The notes under the pieces are model-generated. The model made no database searches. It was not told where the DNA came from and was given only the letters and a program-made list of their open reading frames with translations. Below, one piece after another: positions 51,901 through 64,000 of a DNA stretch of 64,000 bases (the first letter of the stretch is position 1; each line of letters opens with the position of its first letter). Both the position numbers and the translations under genes were made by a program. The stretch covers positions 42,245,820-42,309,819 of the forward strand of contig NC_057719.1 in assembly GCF_004010195.1 (NCBI RefSeq). Reading direction: 5' to 3'. The DNA comes from Chiloscyllium plagiosum. Taxonomy: Eukaryota.

Positions 51901-52692
51901 AATGGGATCTTGATCAGATGGACCAATGGGCTGAAAAGTGGCAGATGGAGTTTAATTTAGATAAATGCGAGGTGCTGCATTTTGAGAAAGCAAATCTTTT
52001 CAGGACTTATACACTTAATGGTAAGGTCCCAGGGAGTGTTGCTGAACAAAAAGACCTTGGAGTGCAGGTTCATAGCTCCTTGAAAGTGGAGTCGCAGGTA
52101 GATCGGACTGTGAAGAAGGCATTTGGTATGCTTTCCTTTATTGGTCAGAGTATTGAGTACAGGAGTTGGGAGATCATGTTGCGGCTGTATGTGACATTGG
52201 TTAGGCCACTTTTGGAATATTGCATGCAATTCTGGTCTCCTTCCTATCGGAAGGATGTTCTGAAACTTGAAAGGTTCAGAAAATATTTACAAGGATGTTG
52301 CCAGGGTTGGAGGACTTGGGCTATAGGGAGAGGTTTTAATAGGCTAGGGCTATTTTCCCTGGAAAAAATGAGGACTGCAGATGCTGGAGATCAGAGCTGA
52401 AAATGTGTTGCTGGAAAAGCGCAGCAGGTCAGGCAGCATCCAAGGAGCAGGAGAAGGGCTCATGCCTGAAACATCGATTCTCCTGCTCCTTGGATGCTGC
52501 CTGACCTGCTGCGCTTTTCCAGCAACACATTTTCAGCTATTTTCCCTGGAGCGTTGGAGGCTGAGGGGTGACCTTACAGAGGTTTACAAACCTCTGTGAG
52601 GTCACCCCTCAGCCTTCAACACTCCAGGGAAAACAGCCCCAGCCTATAACTGGGGTTTACAGAGGTTTACAAACCTCTGTGACTCTATGACT
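48970..52692 (+). mobile_element. Near full-length CR1 LINE (ORF1 SGNH esterase + ORF2 EN/RT), decayed, in an INF2 intron
   Basis: ORF1 'IVLGDS...CLPGAR...GTN...GLHL'; ORF2 'YFNARGL', 'AITETWL', 'GVPQGLVLGP', 'SKFADDTK'; gactctatgact tail. Confidence 0.95.
52364..52535. mobile_element. Fold-back insert of the same family inside a CR1, 15-bp TSD
   Basis: TSD GCTATTTTCCCTGGA at 52349-52363 and 52536-52550; inverted arms gctggaaaagcgcagcaggtcaggcagcatcc. Confidence 0.88.
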
Positions 52693-55600
52693 AAATCCAG
52701 CAGCTCCGGACTTCATCCCTCAACGACACTCTACTCCTCACAGTACATCCCCTCAGCACTCAGACACTTATGTGGCACCGTCTCCCAACTTTCACTCTAC
52801 TCCCTCATCCACTTGGCACCCTTGCCCACACTTACTTTACTCATTTACTTTTCCTCTGGCACCTTTAAACAAGAAAACCCCTGAAACATAGCAGCAAGTA
52901 CTGGAACAAAGAACGTATCTTGACCTGCAATGTTATCCATACACTGCATAGATATCTCCTGGTTTCTTCTGATGGATACATTCAGGACAAGTCAGACTTG
53001 GAATTTTGCCAGAAAAAACACCAGAAGACAAGTGGATAATTTAAAAAAGGATTACCATTGGTTGAATCTGTTTCAATAGCAATCAGAAAATCTGGGCCAT
53101 TGTTATTTTTATGTAGCTAATGATGTGTTTTGAGTTCTTTTGTATTTTTACAATACAAATGTTGGGTTTACCTTGAATGTTTCTCCTTCTTTTATATTAT
53201 TATCTTCTGTGAATTAATGTTCCAACCACGTAAATGTTCACAATTCAAGGATTTTGGGCACCAAACGTAAACTGATAAAGGGTCCCAGCAATACAACTAA
53301 AATAACAAAAACTCAGCGAAGGACCAACACAATCAAGGCCTTCAAGATGGAATTTATCATTTAATTAGGAATATTGTGCAAATCTATTGAGAGAAGGTGA
53401 AGGAATCGCAGTAGATAAATTGCTCCTTCAGACTTGACAGGAAAATAGTTCCTTCTGTTCTGTTACCATTCTGTGAGTTTTAAGTAACTTTGAGGGAAGA
53501 ATCGTATTGTTGAAGGAACTTGAGGTCAGCAGGTTTCATTCACAAATTATGCTCCATTGATTTGTTAGAGATCATGCAATTTGACAGTCCATTGAATACA
53601 TCATCATTAGAATGCTATTTCATTTGTGAGACAGAGGGAGGGGCTGATCCTTTGAGGGGATCAAACCCCCAAAGTTGGTTTGAATGTTTTCCCCTTCACC
53701 CATGTCCTGTGGGATACTCTCCTGGGACAAGAGAAAAATAGCTAACATTTTACGCATATGAATATTTATTCACACAGTCCTCTATGTATTTTAAATTACT
53801 AATGCACAACAGGTGGGTCCGCCTATACAATACCCTCTTAGAGCAGTCTTTTCTATATCCATTATATAAATACAAATCATCAGGGACCATCCTTCTCGCA
53901 TTTATCTCTCTTACCTGACTGCTCACCCCAATGACTCTCTTCCCATGGAAACACAATTTCTCCATTAAAACTGAACAGTTACAGCAGTCAAAGAACAATT
54001 TGTGCTAGTTAATTTCCTGACTATGCCAGCACAGGTGCTCTGACATTTACCCTCTCTTTTAAAGAGGTTGTTTATTTCATTCAATATCATATTGCATTGT
54101 AACTTCAGTGATTTGGCTACAGCTCCCTTCCATTTATATTCTTTATTACTGGATTCAAAAATGAAAGTGTCGAAGTTCCATTTTAGCTGCATCTGGTAAC
54201 TCTACACCACCTTGTGGTCGATGGCAGACACACAGTACAACTGTGTGCAAAATATCAAGAGAAACAAGAAGCTGCAAGAGTCTCAGAGTTATAAGTGCCC
54301 TTCTTAGATGAAAACATATAGGGCACAAGACAATTAGTGAAATTATGGGATGATCCTGTAAAAAACGAAATTGTTGGTGAGAATGCTCATGTTGCAGGCC
54401 AAGAGCAATGGTACATCCTCTGTCACTTTTTCTCCCCTTCCCCCTCTCCAATGGGAATGTCTGTTCTTTCCATTCTTGGCAGTTAGACATGCCATTGTTC
54501 TGCCATTCTCATATTCCAATCACTTAGTCTGCTCCATCAACATCCATTCTCCCCCAATATTGCATGTGCTGCCCCCTCCACATGTAAACTCTGATGAAGA
54601 ATCATCTAGACTTGAAATGTTAGCTTGCCCTCTCTCTATGGATGCTGCCTGACCTGCTGTGATCTCTAGCATTTTTTGTTTTCAGAGCAATGGTAATTTT
54701 CCCACACATCATAGAAGCAAGTAGTTTGTCAATAATCCTTGAAATCAGAAGCAGGGTCTTCCCCATTTACAACACCATATCCTGTTAAATTTACCCACCC
54801 TGTTTACCATTAGAAAACTTGCAGGCTTCTACAATCTCGGACAAAGCTGTAGACATTAATTAGCAACTGTCTTTAAGCTAGTGATTGGGCTGTCCTGTTC
54901 ATGTTTGAGCAAGGGTATTAATTGCAATATTAGAATCAAAAATGGCTAGCTGATCTGTTGTTGGGCAGCATTCATATCACAAAGCCATCTTCATTTCTCC
55001 AACAAGATGCTTTTAAAACTTAACAGTCTTACAAATGTTGCCTTACAACAGGAAGGTAGGAAGGCTTTGTTGAATCTGTTAGTGAGGAATGCCAAATGGT
55101 GCAAATTTCACTGGAAGAATGTCATATCATAAGATTTACTGGAGGGGAGCAAAAATAAACTAAAGTAGAACCTTTAATGAAAGATCCTCAAACTAAAATG
55201 TTATTGTTCCTCTTTTCACAGATACTGCTTGACCAGCTGAGTATTTCCAGACTTTTTTAGATCAAATCTCCATAATTCACAGTATTTTCCTTCTGTACCA
55301 CTGTATTAGGTAACTGAATTAGGTTACATTAGCTAACGTAATTATTTAATCTCCTTTCCTACAACTCAAAACTAAAGTGGGCAAATTTCTGTTGCATCTC
55401 CCAAAGTATTGGATATCCTTGCTATTACAGTATCTCTACAATCTCCTCAAACTTTGAGGGCGCCATAACGAGGGCTCACGGAGTCAGAATATTGAGTCAA
55501 ACATTCTCTGATGAAAAGAAACACTAAACACTTTCACTTCAGTGGTTATGAAGTTTTGGAATTCACAATCACAGAGAGTTGTGAATGCTCAGTTGTTGAG

Positions 55601-55759
55601 TATATTCAATTCAGGGATCAGCTACGTTTGGGTGACTAAGAAAATGGTGGATAGTGTGAGGAGCCTTGACTAAAATAAAAATTCATTTATGATCTTATTG
55701 AATGGGGGAAGAAGATTCAAAATGAATCAATCACATGAACACGTACAAAAATATACAAA

Positions 55760-56870
55760 TACACAAATTATGAAGTATTAGACCATTCAGCCACCCGAGC
55801 ATTTCCCCCACTCGAAAAGATTGTGGCTGATCTGATTGTAACCTCAAAGCCACATTCTTTCCTACTCCTTATAACCTTTCATTCCCCTTTTACTTCACAT
55901 GAATGTATGTATCTTGGCTTTCAAAATAGGCAAGGAATCTGCGTCCATCAGCATTTCAGGAAGATAGTTCCAAAGACTCGCAAGCTTAAAAAAATTCACC
56001 TAATTTATATGTTAAATGGGTGACCACTGATTTTTAATCAATTACTCCTAGTCCTTGATTCTGCCATAAGACGAAACATTGAGTCCAAACCAATGGTGTC
56101 GAGAGCCTTCAGGATCTTATGCATTTCAGTGAAGTCATTTTTTACTCTTCTAATATTCAGTAAATACAAGCCTACTCTATTTGAGCTTTCCTCAGAAGAC
56201 AAACATCTCATTCCAGGTATTAGTAAGGAAAGCTTGATCTGAACTGCCTTAAATTTTTCAAAAAGTAAGGTTACCAATATACGCACAAGACTCTAGATCT
56301 GGTCTTACCAGTGCCCCCTGGATATGCCTATTATGCTATTCCCTAACCATGAGCTTTCATTTTCTGCAATTTCATTTGATGGGCAAATTATCAAATGCCT
56401 TCTGGAAATCTAAGTACAGAAGATCCAATGATGCCCTTTAACCACAGCATGCATTACCTACTTAAAATACTCAAATAGATTGGGTAAACGTGATTTCCTT
56501 TTCATCAAACCATGTTGACTCTGCCTAATTACCTTGAACACATCCACATGCACTGTTATAACTTCTTTAAATAGTTTCTAACATTTTCCCTGTGACAGAT
56601 GTTAAAATTAGTAGCCTGCTCCGTCCCGCAAACTGTCCCCCTTCATTTTTTAATTTAGAAGTTATATATTCTCTCACTGAAAAAGACAACCATCCTCAAT
56701 CAAAGGAGTTTTGGAAAATTAAAAGCAAAGCATCAACTGTTTCAATAATTAACGATGTTTTTTAGACTTTAGAATGAAGTCCATCAGGACACAATCACTT
56801 GTCAATGTGTAGCTCCAACTATTTACTATTGTTTCACTGGTGATTGTGAATTTCCTAAGTTCCTCCCTCC
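55760..56870 (-). mobile_element. Old CR1 fragments
   Basis: 'ESRTRS', 'QSQHG..KGN' and other degenerate CR1 ORF2 motifs on the minus strand. Confidence 0.6.
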
Positions 56871-57701
56871 CTTTGATCTATGTTGACTAGAAAATTAGAA
56901 CTCTCTCATTCTTCTTCAACTAGTGACAGAAATTCAACAGCTCCAATAGTGCTATGTGCCTGCTTAAATTTCTAAACTAGAAATCGAACCATAGCACTAA
57001 GACTTGGTGAATTAATTCTGGCATCTTTACACAGCTTGCAGCAGAATACGTTACAGGGTCATGGATATTTTTGCAGTTGTGTGCATGTCAGAGTGTGAGT
57101 AAATGAGAAGGAAAATAAGAAGAATAATGCTCAATCATAGATTGGGAAGATCTCTGATTCACCTTCTTTCCCTCTTACAGAGTATTATTCTGTGGCTTTG
57201 CCTTATGTTCTGCTCCTTTTTGGACCTGTTGTCTTTGTTTAAGTCCCAACTTGTTTTGCAACGTGGGCAGGTATATTCACATGCTGAAAGATGACACAAC
57301 CCTGCCATATGACCAACCTGTAGCCCAATTATGGTCTCAATAATCGATTGTTAATCATGGATCTATAATCCTTGAAAATCTTTGAAGATGTAGTTATACT
57401 AAGCTTTTAACTACATGTTTTGTTTGAATGGGTCTACATGGTCAGCAGGAAGTCAGTTGTGAGATGGGCCAGCAATAAACATGTCACAATAATGCACATG
57501 TAATTAATGTGCATTATGTGGATATTTTTATATGTTAACTGCTGACTCATTCATAATTAATAAATGGAATAACTGAATTTACCTTAATTGTTACTTTTTT
57601 TAATCTGCTTTTTTTCACCTCTTTCCAGGTATTGCTTGTAGCGAACTCCATATTGATCACAGTTTAATTAATTCTGTAATTTTATTTTAACAAATTTGCA
57701 G

Positions 57702-57804
57702 CTCTAATGAAGAACTAGCAGAAATGGTCCAAAAGGGTAGCAAATCTAGATTTGATGTGGAAGTTTTGCAACAATTAAAGAAACTGCTGCCAGATGAACA
57801 TGAA
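57702..57804 (+). CDS. INF2: INF2-like FH2 exon (SNEELAEMVQKGSKSRFDVEVLQQLKKLLPDEHE)
   Basis: tttgcag acceptor, GAA|gtaagc donor; phase-compatible; matches 'SNEEV...FDVEVLKQLLKLLPEKHE'. Confidence 0.93.
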
Positions 57805-57921
57805 GTAAGCACTGTTCAATGTTCTATGTTCTATACAGCTAAACAAGAATGAGAGCAGTTTGGATACTTTACCTTGCTAGGTATAGTTATTTATTGCAAC
57901 ATTTTAATTTGCTATGTGCAG

Positions 57922-58007
57922 AGGGAAAATATAATAACTTACAAAGAAGAAAAAGAAAAATTAGCGAATGGAGATCATTTCTACCTTTGCCTTCTCAATG
58001 TGCCTTG
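57922..58007 (+). CDS. INF2: INF2-like FH2 exon (RENIITYKEEKEKLANGDHFYLCLLNVPC)
   Basis: gtgcag acceptor, TG|gtatgt donor after a 117-nt intron; matches '[29 protein letters not shown]'. Confidence 0.92.
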
Positions 58008-58902
58008 GTATGTACATTAACTTTATAAATATCACTAGTCATAGAGATGTACAGTTCCCAATAACTTTTTTCTTCATAGAAAATTGTAAATAAGGTTACC
58101 CTATCATCTCCCTTCTATCATTTTGATATTTACTTTCCACTTTAGATTTGAAGGGAAGCACCAACAATGACTAAAAAGGTAATTTTTGTTAAGGCTGTGA
58201 TCTTCAGCTAGCAATAAGCAGTGCATCGATTTCAATACTTGAAATAACTTGTCCTCTAACTTGCCTCCTTTATCTGGACTATGTGCTCAGCATTCTGTAT
58301 ATCTGATTCAGCGATATGAAATTTGCCATGTACAAGCTGAAACTCAGATCCTCTACCATTCTGGGGGATCTTGTAAAGCTGTGTTTTTCACAGTTCCAGA
58401 CTGATACAATTTGCCAAATGGTGAGTTCTTCATTTTCATTTACAAAGTGTGCACTTTTTAATCCTAACCTTTGTTAGATTTTTTTTTCCTCCACATTCCT
58501 TCAACCTTCACTGCCATATGCCATTTCCTGGGCAATAGAACAGGAAGCCAACTTTTTTTCAGAATTTGGCCAATATTTTTTCCTTTGTGTTGGTCATCAA
58601 AATTGTGGAGAACTGCTTGATTTCTCTCTGGTGATACCACAAAGTATATACTCTCTATGCGGAACATCTGACACATTTCCTACTATCTGAGATGATCACA
58701 GTGTTCACTGGAGCATAAAATATTCTACAATCTCTTGCCTTCCATGCTGCCTCACTTCCTCAGCAACAGGCGGCATTGTGTGATTTTTCTATGGTACAAC
58801 TGCACAGCAATTATAGATACTTTTTTTTATCATACTAAAGAAATGGTAAAGAAGACACTAAAGACTTTGTAATATCATTTTGTTTTGCTTTCCCATCTAC
58901 AG

Positions 58903-59003
58903 CTATGAGTTACGGATTGACTGTTTATTGTCACGTGAAGACATAGCGGTTTTACAAAATGTTCACCGACCAAACGCAAAACTGATTAAAAAAGCATGTG
59001 AAA
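58903..59003 (+). CDS. INF2: INF2-like FH2 exon (YELRIDCLLSREDIAVLQNVHRPNAKLIKKACE)
   Basis: ttcccatctacag acceptor, A|gtgagt donor; matches 'YQLRIECMLL...RPKAQLVLAACE'. Confidence 0.92.
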
Positions 59004-59519
59004 GTGAGTTTTATACAAATATTTGCTTTTCTCAAAATATTTGTTCCTGGTTGACTAAGCTATCTAATAAATTATGATTAGATAATAGTTAAAACAATGT
59101 AACACCTAATATATTCCAGTCTGTAAATTAAATGGCTGATTTGAATCTATTGCTAAAATTACCAAATATTCGCTGTTATGAAAGTAGTGAAGTCAGGATA
59201 AGACATGCTACTTGTATATGGCTTTCTGAATGTGTTAAATGTGCAGTTTACCACATGTCTTACATTTATCTAGCACCATTAATAATCTGCCTCAACAAGG
59301 TTTAAACTGACTAAAAAGCATATCAGGAGGAATGAAGAGGTATTTTTTAAAGGAAAAAAGAGAGAGTTGGAGATGCAGAAAAGAATTAGGGAGGGAATTC
59401 TAGCATAATGAGTTGAGGCAGATGGTCATTAATGGTGGGCAAGAAGGAAAGTAGGTGAAGGGAAAATGCTGGTGAACAAGATGGTGCACAAGATGGTCAT
59501 TTGGTTTTCTGTGGATAAC

Positions 59520-59660
59520 CACAGGGAGCCATGCTACCAGTCCAAGGCATCCAGGACACAAAAAACAGCCTGCATTAGTACTGTGTCCGTGGTGAAGCAA
59601 GAAACCCAGTGATGCAGGAATCGGGTCAATGATCTTCGGCACTCCACAAGGGCAAATGTT
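59520..59660 (+). mobile_element. Second Harbinger Myb-like remnant
   Basis: 'ACISTVSVVKQETQ*CRNRVNDLRHSTR'. Confidence 0.45.
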
Positions 59661-61965
59661 GCTGTCTTCTCTCTGCTGCCTCACACTGACAGGGTGATCT
59701 ATCACTCTAAACCTGCGATTGCATATGCCTCTCATTAAGATTCATGCATTCAACATACACTATTGCATGCATCAATACAAATTAAACCTCTCACGCACCT
59801 CATTCTCTCAAACTATTAACCTTCCCTGACCTCTGAGATTCCCATTCACTCACTAGGCACAGCTCATCACGTCTCCTGCTCATGTTTTATGAAGACATTG
59901 CTGTTTCTTCTGGGTCACTGGGTCAAAGTCCTGGAAGTGCCTCCCTAATAGCATAGTGGGTCTATTTACAGCATATGCGCTGCAACAGTTCGATAAGACA
60001 GCTCACTACCATCTTCTCAAGAACAACTATAGACAGACAATACACATTGACCCAGACCCAGCCTGCAACACCTTTGTCCCACAAATGAATTGTTTTAAAA
60101 AACATCATTACTAATTGCTCTTTCATCCTCTTTCATCATACACAATCCCTCCTTTGCCCATTGCAGGGAAATCTGTTTCACAACTGGGCTAAGGCTGGGG
60201 AAGAAGCTGGCAGATATCTGAATTCTTCTAAACTAAAACCTTGAACTTCCTAATCTGATTTGTCTGTGGTCAATGCTTAGTCAGGGACTGTCATTGGAGG
60301 GCATGGTGATTAGTTTTAATTTTAACATTGAGTTAGAGCAGATTTTAATTCCTCTAGCTTTACCTGACTAACTATTTAAGTAAATGAGTCAGAATACTTC
60401 AACGTCTCTAACTCTGACTCTGAACTAGGGACATTTTTGATGAGTTCCAGTCTCTGGGAGATTGCCCATAAGAAGTTTCAATTTCCTGGGCACTTCCTGA
60501 AGAGTGAGCTTCTTGCAGATGGAGTTCTATGAGGCAATCTCTTTAAATGGTCAGGAAGTTAATTTGGAACATAGTTTTAGATTCATTGGTTCTGATAAAA
60601 CATATGATTCCATCAGTGTGCCTAGGAGAATCCTATGCTGTTAATAGATAGAATGCTTATACCTTTTGGTTTATGTCAAAAGTAGAGCAGACACATCAAG
60701 GCAATTCATTTAGGTTTGATCAGATCAGAAATGTCAAGGTTTTAGTTCAGAAGAATTCAGTGTTTAGTTCAGAATAGAATAGTTTTTCTTCCCTCTTGTC
60801 TCCTAGAAGGAGAAAAGAGATTTGAAGCTCAGATCAGTTGAGCCAGTCTCCTCAGCAAAGGAGTTTCTAGTCTGTGGTGGTTCAAATAAGGAGTGTTTGG
60901 CTAGATAGCTTCAAGTTGTTGAAGCCAAGAAAGATTTAGGCCATCAGAACTGTTGGCAGACTCAGAATGTAATGATAATAAACATGATTGGCAGTACGGG
61001 GGAAAACTGGAAAGTCACAGTTAAATAAACACAAATTGTGGAGATCGTTTTGCTGGTATTAAGGTTCTGTTACGGATGGTTTTGGGAAACATGTTGAAGT
61101 TTGTTTTGATATTTGAGTTAAAATCTTTTTTTTAGTTATTTTCTATATAGCTTTGCATGTTTTTATTACTTTTTTGTGTGATAAATTTAGATTCTGTTGT
61201 TAAAGAATATCCACATCCTCATGTAAGTACATTTTAGTGACTAACCACCACATTAACTTAATATTGTTATATTAGGTTAATCTAATATTGTAAATGTAGG
61301 CGAATTGGTCTAGGTGGGTTACACTTCGGCGGGTCTGTGTGGACTTGTTGGGCTGAAGGGCCTGTTTCCACACTGTAATTAATCTAATCTAATCTAATTA
61401 ACTGTCTGAAAATATTAATTATATGATCTTTCAACTTTATTCTGGTATCTGATTTATCCATTAGTACCATCAGTTGAGATCATAACAATGTGCACTTATA
61501 CTGAGCTGGCAACCATTTGTATTCAGACTCTAGCCAGGCAACACTTGCTTGGCTGAATCCAGAACTAGAATTTCTGATGTTTAGAAGAAAGATTGGCATT
61601 TGTTTTGATCAAAACACACATAAAGCTATCTCTCAGGAATTAGAAATTTAATATTTTTGACATCTGAGCACTTTACCAACCGAATTCATCAATCACCGCA
61701 ACAATGACCCTACCTTCTATGGTACAAGACACCAGCTCCAGCTCGTCTCAGTTTGCTGCACTCCAAAATCAGGTCCATGCCTGCCTTCTGATTTTATTTT
61801 CACAGTTTACTTTTCAGTTTGAAAATAAATTTATTTCATACCGGCATTAATCTGCAATCTAAAGATTCATGGACAAGCAGATCTGTTAGACAATGCACCC
61901 TGAATTAGAGTTATGGTGTACAGTGCCACGAGATGTGACTTTCCATGTCTTCTGTTTTTGTACAG

Positions 61966-62036
61966 ATCTTCTATCTTCTTCAAGACTGCCCCAGTTCTGT
62001 CATCTAATACTTAAAATTGGAAACTTTCTCAACTAT
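61966..62036 (+). CDS. INF2: INF2-like FH2 exon (NLLSSSRLPQFCHLILKIGNFLNY)
   Basis: tttttgtacag acceptor, TAT|gtatgt donor; contains the formin GN(F/Y)(L/M)N motif. The expected next exon (G..GF) is not seen in the window. Confidence 0.93.
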
Positions 62037-62294
62037 GTATGTATACTGCCTAAATGTTGCAACATGCGTTCATTTTTGTGGTACTTTTCAAGACACTTTT
62101 TCAGAATGACAAATCAAATGTATTAACTCATCAGATAATGTACAGTGAACATTACTGCTTAAATTGGACAATGCTATTAAAGTTGGATTTTCTATCTATT
62201 TACAGAAAATCAAACAATTTTTAGCTTTCAAAATTGATAACCAATCAATTAAAAAAAGACACTAGTGCTGAAATTCCCAACATTTGTATTGCTT

Positions 62295-63495
62295 TTAGAT
62301 CATAAGATGTAGGAACAGAAGTAGGCCATCAGCCAATGAATCTCAACTTCACTTTCCTGTCTTAACTTCATAATCTTTGTTCCCTTATTGATTAAAAAAT
62401 CCATCCAACGCAGCCTTGAATATACCCATGGTAGAGATGTTGGTGTTGGACTGGGGTGGAAAAAGTTAAAAATCACACAAAACCAGGATATAGTTCAACA
62501 GGTTTATTTGAAAGTACTTGTGCTTGTACTTGAAAGCTTGTACTTTCAAATAAACCTGTTGGACTATAATCTGGTATTGGGTGATTTTTAACTTTGAATA
62601 TACTCAGCAACACATCTTGACAGCCCTCTGCAATAAACATTTCCACTGATTCACCACACTGAGAGAAAGAAAATCCTTCTCGTCTCTGCCTTAAATGCAT
62701 GACTCCTTATTCTGAGATTACACCATCTGGTCCCAGACTTTCCCACAAAGGGAAACAATATTTCCACATCTACCCTGTTAAGACCCTGAAAAATATGCTC
62801 CAATAATGTCTCCTGTCATTCTTCTAAGCTCCAGTGAATACTAGCCCAGCCTACTCAACCTCTCCTTGTATGAAAATCCCGCCATGCCCTGGATCAACTT
62901 AATAAGCTTTCTCAGGTCTGCTTCCAATACATAATTTTTCCTTACATAGCCACATGAAAACTATTCGCAATATTCCAGGTATGATTTGACTAATGTCTTG
63001 TATAGTTTAAGGAAGATTTCCCTATTTTTGTAATCTACTTTCTTTGACATAAAGGTTAACAATCTATTCCCTTCTCTAAGGAGTGAAAGCATGAAAATGT
63101 CATTGAGGTGGGGACTGAAGCATGATTACATTGAATGGTGGAGCAGGTTCAGACAGTCAAATGGAGTACTCCTGTGCCAAGTTTTTGTTTAAGTGTTTGT
63201 TTCTATCTCTGCTGCTTGTTACTCCCTCAAAGAATTCTCATGGATTTGTCAGGCATGATTTCTTGTTCATGAAGCCACGCTGACTCTGCTTGATTATGTT
63301 ATGTATTTCAAAATGTTCTTGTACTAAATGCTTTAGAATAGATTCTAACATCTTTCCAACATTTTGAATAAGGGTGTTACATTAGTAGTTTTCCAATCCT
63401 TTTGGAGTTGTCCAGAATCAAAGGATTCTTGGAAGATTGCTGACAGTGCATCCACTATCTCTGAAGCGACTTCATTTAAAATCCAAGGATATGTA
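62295..63495 (-). mobile_element. Old CR1 fragments
   Basis: 'YPWILNEVASEIVDALSAIFQES...DWKTTNVTPLFK'; cataagatgtagg tail. Confidence 0.7.
62426..62593. mobile_element. Fold-back insert from the second Penelope-terminus family, 10-bp TSD
   Basis: TTGAATATAC at 62416-62425 and 62594-62603; imperfect inverted arms aagttaaaaatcac...gtgatttttaactt. Confidence 0.75.
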
Positions 63496-64000
63496 AGTGT
63501 GTAGTGACCAGACCAAAAAAAAACTAAAGGATACAAAAGTATGTAGGGAGCAAACCCGAAGAGTGAGTTCCACCAGTGTGCATTTAGGCAATTACTCTAA
63601 ATTTCCCATGGACCTGAAATGGCAAATCATTTCCAGCTTGATAAAATTTTTTAAAAACTTAAAACGTCCCACATATACAGGCGACTCAAATAAGTTCATC
63701 CCTTTTAAGATTCTACCTTAATTAAACATAATATTTATTGAAGAAAATATTTATATTTGGATTCTTTTGGTTGAATTAGATTATTTTTTTTGTTTGCAGA
63801 TAAAAACTGCATTTGCAGCTATGTGTAATGATTCAAACGAGCTGGAGCAGAAATTTGGGACAATCAGCATGTTACCCTGGAGAAGCTACAAATGTGCTGA
63901 TCATTGAACTTGTGTCTTGTTGCAATAATATACATTACACAAGACTATATAAAAACATGACAAAGATACTTTTTCTCTAAAATATTACAAATTTACTGAA

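Noticed and set aside
53750..54490. Overlapping minus-strand ORFs as a nested gene
   Set aside because: No recognisable domain and no consistent exon structure.
60430..61490. Further solo LTRs (also ~36650-37260 and ~17430-18800)
   Set aside because: LTR-like composition and one plausible end, but I could not define both termini and a TSD.

Overview
Eukaryotic, repeat-dense vertebrate DNA, most likely from a cartilaginous fish (shark). This is inferred from the dominance of CR1 LINEs, HE1-like SINEs and Penelope-like elements. The only recognisable host protein-coding sequence is six in-frame, GT-AG-bounded + strand exons (46585-62036) encoding the N-terminal half of an INF2-like formin FH2 domain. 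I could not find its upstream DID/FH1 exons in the preceding 46 kb, which includes a 500-N gap. About 1 kb upstream of the first exon is a ~7.5 kb antisense class I-like endogenous retrovirus (38096-45563). It has two LTRs, a PBS, a CATC target-site duplication (TSD), decayed gag and env, and a pol lacking pro-RT and the integrase core. It also carries an unexplained AT-rich 1.2 kb segment and an inverted pol fragment inserted into env. The rest is fossil mobile DNA: many CR1 copies (one near full length), SINEs, a Gypsy<solo-LTR<CR1 nest, Harbinger remnants, and Penelope-like elements with minimal hammerhead-like motifs. The Penelope group includes short fold-back inserts flanked by 10-15 bp TSDs. 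A candidate promoter and spliced non-coding minus-strand transcript lie at ~1-16 kb. Most ORFs in the supplied track are spurious or TE fragments. TE boundaries are approximate unless a TSD is given, and all homology calls come from motif recognition, not database searches.
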